The position numbers were made by a program, and so were the translations under genes. This document shows, piece by piece, positions 61,648 to 64,000 of a stretch of DNA of 64,000 bases. This stretch comes from an uncultured Methylomirabilota bacterium (GTDB lineage: Bacteria; Methylomirabilota; Methylomirabilia; Methylomirabilales; 2-02-FULL-66-22). The first letter of the stretch is position 1. Every line of letters starts with the position of its first letter. The DNA lies in NCBI GenBank assembly GCA_963845565.1, contig CAWJSJ010000002.1, positions 1,792,001 to 1,856,000 on the forward strand. Direction: 5' to 3'. Below the pieces are notes generated by a model, which was not told the DNA's origin, searched no databases, and worked only from the letters and a program-made list of their open reading frames with translations.

Positions 61648-61856
61648 TCGCGAGGCAAGGGGGCGCCGGTGCGCGGCGCTGTCCCGGGCGCCTCCGTCGG
61701 ACGCCATCCGACTGCCGTTTCCCCTCCCACCGCAGGATTCCTATCTTCACCGCAACCCGCCACGATCCCGGATACGCTCCCCGGCAGTAAATCCGAACTC
61801 GCCTGGCCCATCCGTCGTCCGCAACCCGGCAGTTGTTCGGTACACCGTTTTTGCCC

Positions 61857-61908
61857 TTGACAGCCAACCAGAGTACATGTTAGATGAAAAATCTGAAATT
61901 TCAGTTTT
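61857..61908 (+). promoter_or_regulatory. promoter with palindromic operator candidate
   Basis: TTGACA at 61857; AAAA-T-CTGAAATTTCAG-TTTT upstream of GntR. Confidence 0.45.
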
Positions 61909-61948
61909 CTGTCACACGTCCAGCTCCCAACGCACAGGGGGGCTCCCC

Positions 61949-62755
61949 ATGAAACGTCCGACGAGCCGCAGGGCAATCAAAGCCACAACCCAGACGGTCG
62001 GCCGAACCGGGCCGCTCATGGCTCGGGTCCGGGCAGGCTCGCTCTCCTTGGCAATTCACCATGAGAGCCTGGAAGACAAGATCTACAGCCAGCTTCGTTC
62101 CTTGATCGTGGGGCGCCAGCTCCTGCCGGGCGAGCGGATTCTGGTCGACCAGCTCGCCGCCGAGATGGGGGTCAGCCGGACGCCTGTCCTGAACGCCTTC
62201 CGGCGGCTGGGGCAGGAGGGCGTCGTCGAGGTCCTCCCGCGACGGGGCATCTATATTCGCCGGTACGGAAAGGCCGAGATGGTCAGGCTGTTCGCTGTCC
62301 GCGAGGTGCTGGACGGCCTGGCCACACGCCTTGCCATGGCGGCAATCCAGCCGGCGGAGATCGAAGAGTTTGCCCGAGCATTCGAGTCTCACGATCCGTC
62401 CTCGACGGCGCCAGCGGCGATCCGCCGCTACGTCGAGCTGGATCGCGCGTTCCACTGCCGCTTGGTGGAGCTCGCCGACAACGACCAGCTTCGGGCGGCG
62501 ATGGACTCCATCAACATGCGGCTCTTCGTTTGGCAGGACGGTGTGGTGCGGTCTGCGGCGGAGACCATCCCCGAGCACCTGGCGATCCTGGACGCGCTAC
62601 GCGCGCGGGATCCGGACGGCGCGGAGGCCGCCATGCGGCTGCACATTCGCCGCTCGCTAGAGCAGTTGCAGCGAGAGGCCGAAGCCGAAGAAGCGACAGT
62701 CGGCGAGCCGCGCCCGGCGCCGGTCCGTCCCGTCGGAGTGGGTGTTCGGGCGTAA
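61949..62755 (+). CDS. GntR/FadR family regulator (FCD domain)
   Basis: LPGERI..LAAEMGVSRTPV, DRAFH, EHLAILDAL. Confidence 0.92.
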   Translation: MKRPTSRRAIKATTQTVGRTGPLMARVRAGSLSLAIHHESLEDKIYSQLRSLIVGRQLLPGERILVDQLAAEMGVSRTPVLNAFRRLGQEGVVEVLPRRGIYIRRYGKAEMVRLFAVREVLDGLATRLAMAAIQPAEIEEFARAFESHDPSSTAPAAIRRYVELDRAFHCRLVELADNDQLRAAMDSINMRLFVWQDGVVRSAAETIPEHLAILDALRARDPDGAEAAMRLHIRRSLEQLQREAEAEEATVGEPRPAPVRPVGVGVRA

Positions 62756-62884
62756 CCGGATGGAAAGGGGGTGGCGAGAGTCGCGGAACAGCGTGAAGCG
62801 TCAGAGAACAGGGCATGCACTGCCAAGCGCGGGACGTTATCCTCGCGCGAACCTCGAGACAACCTCGACACAGGAGGACACGTG

Positions 62885-63889
62885 ATGGCTAAGAAGATCT
62901 TGGCATTGACATTCGCCCTCGTCCTGGGTGCCGCTCTGGGGGGGCAGGCCGCCGACTACCCCACCCGGGACATCACGAACGTGGTCGTCTGGGCGGCGGG
63001 CGGTGGGACCGATGTCTGCAATCGAATCGTCATGGCGGAGATGCAGAAGAGCCTGAACGGCCGCATCAACGTTACCAACAAGACGGGCGGCGTCGGGGGC
63101 TCCATCGGCATGTTGCACGTCCTCAGTCAACCAGCCGACGGTTATACGCTGGCCGGGATCTCCGAGTCGTGCGTGACTGCAGGTGTGCAGGGCGGCTGGG
63201 AAAAAACCATGGATGTGTGGTATCCCTTCATCATTGGCGGTTCGCCGGATTTGGTCTCGGTCAGCCCCGAATCGCCCTACAAGACCATCAACGAGCTGAT
63301 CGAAGCCGCCAAGAAGGCCCCCAACACGATTAAGATCTCCGCGAGTGCGGCCGGCTCCATCCATCACCTCAACGTGCTGGCCATGGAGGCGGCGACGGGG
63401 GCCAAGTTCAATTATATCCCCTACCAGGGGTCGGCGCCGGGCCAGACGGCTGCCATGACAGGCGAAGTGAGCGTGGTGGTCACCTCGCTGGCCGAGCAGC
63501 AGCAACTCTTGAAGGGCAAGAAGTTGCGCCCCCTGGGGATGCTGACTCCGGACAAGGCCGAACTGGAAGGGGTCGGCACGATCCCCTCGGCGTTCACCGC
63601 CTATCCCGATCTCGCCAAGCGTCTGCCCATCATGCAAGCTATCGGTTTCGCCATCCGGAACGACGCCCCGGCCAACGTGAAGCAGGCCCTCACGAATGCC
63701 TTCAACAAGGCCATGCAGTCGGAGCCGGTGAAGAAATGGCTCAACGAAAACTACTACGCCGCGTCGGGGAAGAGCGGCGAGGAGGCCCGCAAGGAGTTCG
63801 CCAAGCTGGAGAGCCTGTTCGCCTGGACCCTCTGGGACCTCAAGGCGGCCAAGGTAGACCCAGCCACGTTGAAGATCCCGAAGCCTTAA
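62885..63889 (+). CDS. tripartite tricarboxylate transporter substrate-binding protein (TctC/Bug)
   Basis: YPTRDI..VVWAAGGGTD, ADGYTL, IPYQG. Confidence 0.92.
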   Translation: MAKKILALTFALVLGAALGGQAADYPTRDITNVVVWAAGGGTDVCNRIVMAEMQKSLNGRINVTNKTGGVGGSIGMLHVLSQPADGYTLAGISESCVTAGVQGGWEKTMDVWYPFIIGGSPDLVSVSPESPYKTINELIEAAKKAPNTIKISASAAGSIHHLNVLAMEAATGAKFNYIPYQGSAPGQTAAMTGEVSVVVTSLAEQQQLLKGKKLRPLGMLTPDKAELEGVGTIPSAFTAYPDLAKRLPIMQAIGFAIRNDAPANVKQALTNAFNKAMQSEPVKKWLNENYYAASGKSGEEARKEFAKLESLFAWTLWDLKAAKVDPATLKIPKP

Positions 63890-63907
63890 CCGGATGTGTC
63901 TGCGCAC

Positions 63908-63933
63908 GCAGGGGGCGGAGATCCGCCCCCTGC
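63908..63933 (+). terminator. GC-rich hairpin after the TctC-like gene
   Basis: GCAGGGGGCGG-AGAT-CCGCCCCCTGC. Confidence 0.6.
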
Positions 63934-63955
63934 GCCCTGCGAGGAGATTCGGCTG

Positions 63956-64000
63956 ATGGACGATCCAATCCGAATGCGAAGAGCCGACTTTTGGACAAGC
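63956..64000 (+). CDS. start of a probable TctB-like membrane subunit (truncated by window)
   Basis: GAGGAG RBS, MDDPIRMRRADFWTS; position after TctC. Confidence 0.45.
   Translation, partial: MDDPIRMRRADFWTS

Noticed and set aside
2070..63907. Many long antisense or alternate-frame ORFs (e.g. 2070-3632, 37884-39485, 43643-45547, 45702-47594, 62837-63907)
   Set aside because: Shadow ORFs of GC-rich genes with no protein motifs

Overview
GC-rich bacterial window; gene families and intergenic 7/9-mer arrays suggest a Methylomirabilota/NC10-like organism (inference only). (i) 1-15.7 kb, mixed metabolic genes: a NuoB/HyfI-like hydrogenase small subunit whose 3' ~300 bp is duplicated around a DUF433/DUF5615 toxin-antitoxin pair, an M20 amidohydrolase, a DsbA/FrnE-type oxidoreductase with an in-frame UGA (UPWC, probable selenoprotein), a CsgG-SH3 protein, a PLP decarboxylase, Fe-S/nitroreductase genes and a CPA2 antiporter. 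(ii) 15.8-37.7 kb, an accessory island of about 25 mostly exported or lipoprotein genes, many frameshifted. It is interleaved with repeated 3'-end remnants of SRAP and HNH-like genes. A conserved 38-bp hairpin follows three consecutive unrelated genes, giving a cassette-like layout with no recombinase in view. (iii) 37.9-64 kb, largely intact genes: UxaE, DMT, MFS, a MazEF-like TA pair, an atypical kinase-like ORF, a polyol/sugar ABC and catabolic cluster with three binding proteins, an ECF sigma/anti-sigma pair, HAD, PP2C, an FHA protein, ComB, GntR and TctC. A ~105-bp bipartite palindromic mini-element occurs five times, three times with its terminal TAA serving as a gene's stop codon. No rRNA, tRNA, CRISPR array, integrase or transposase was recognised. 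Family assignments come from motif recognition, not database searches.
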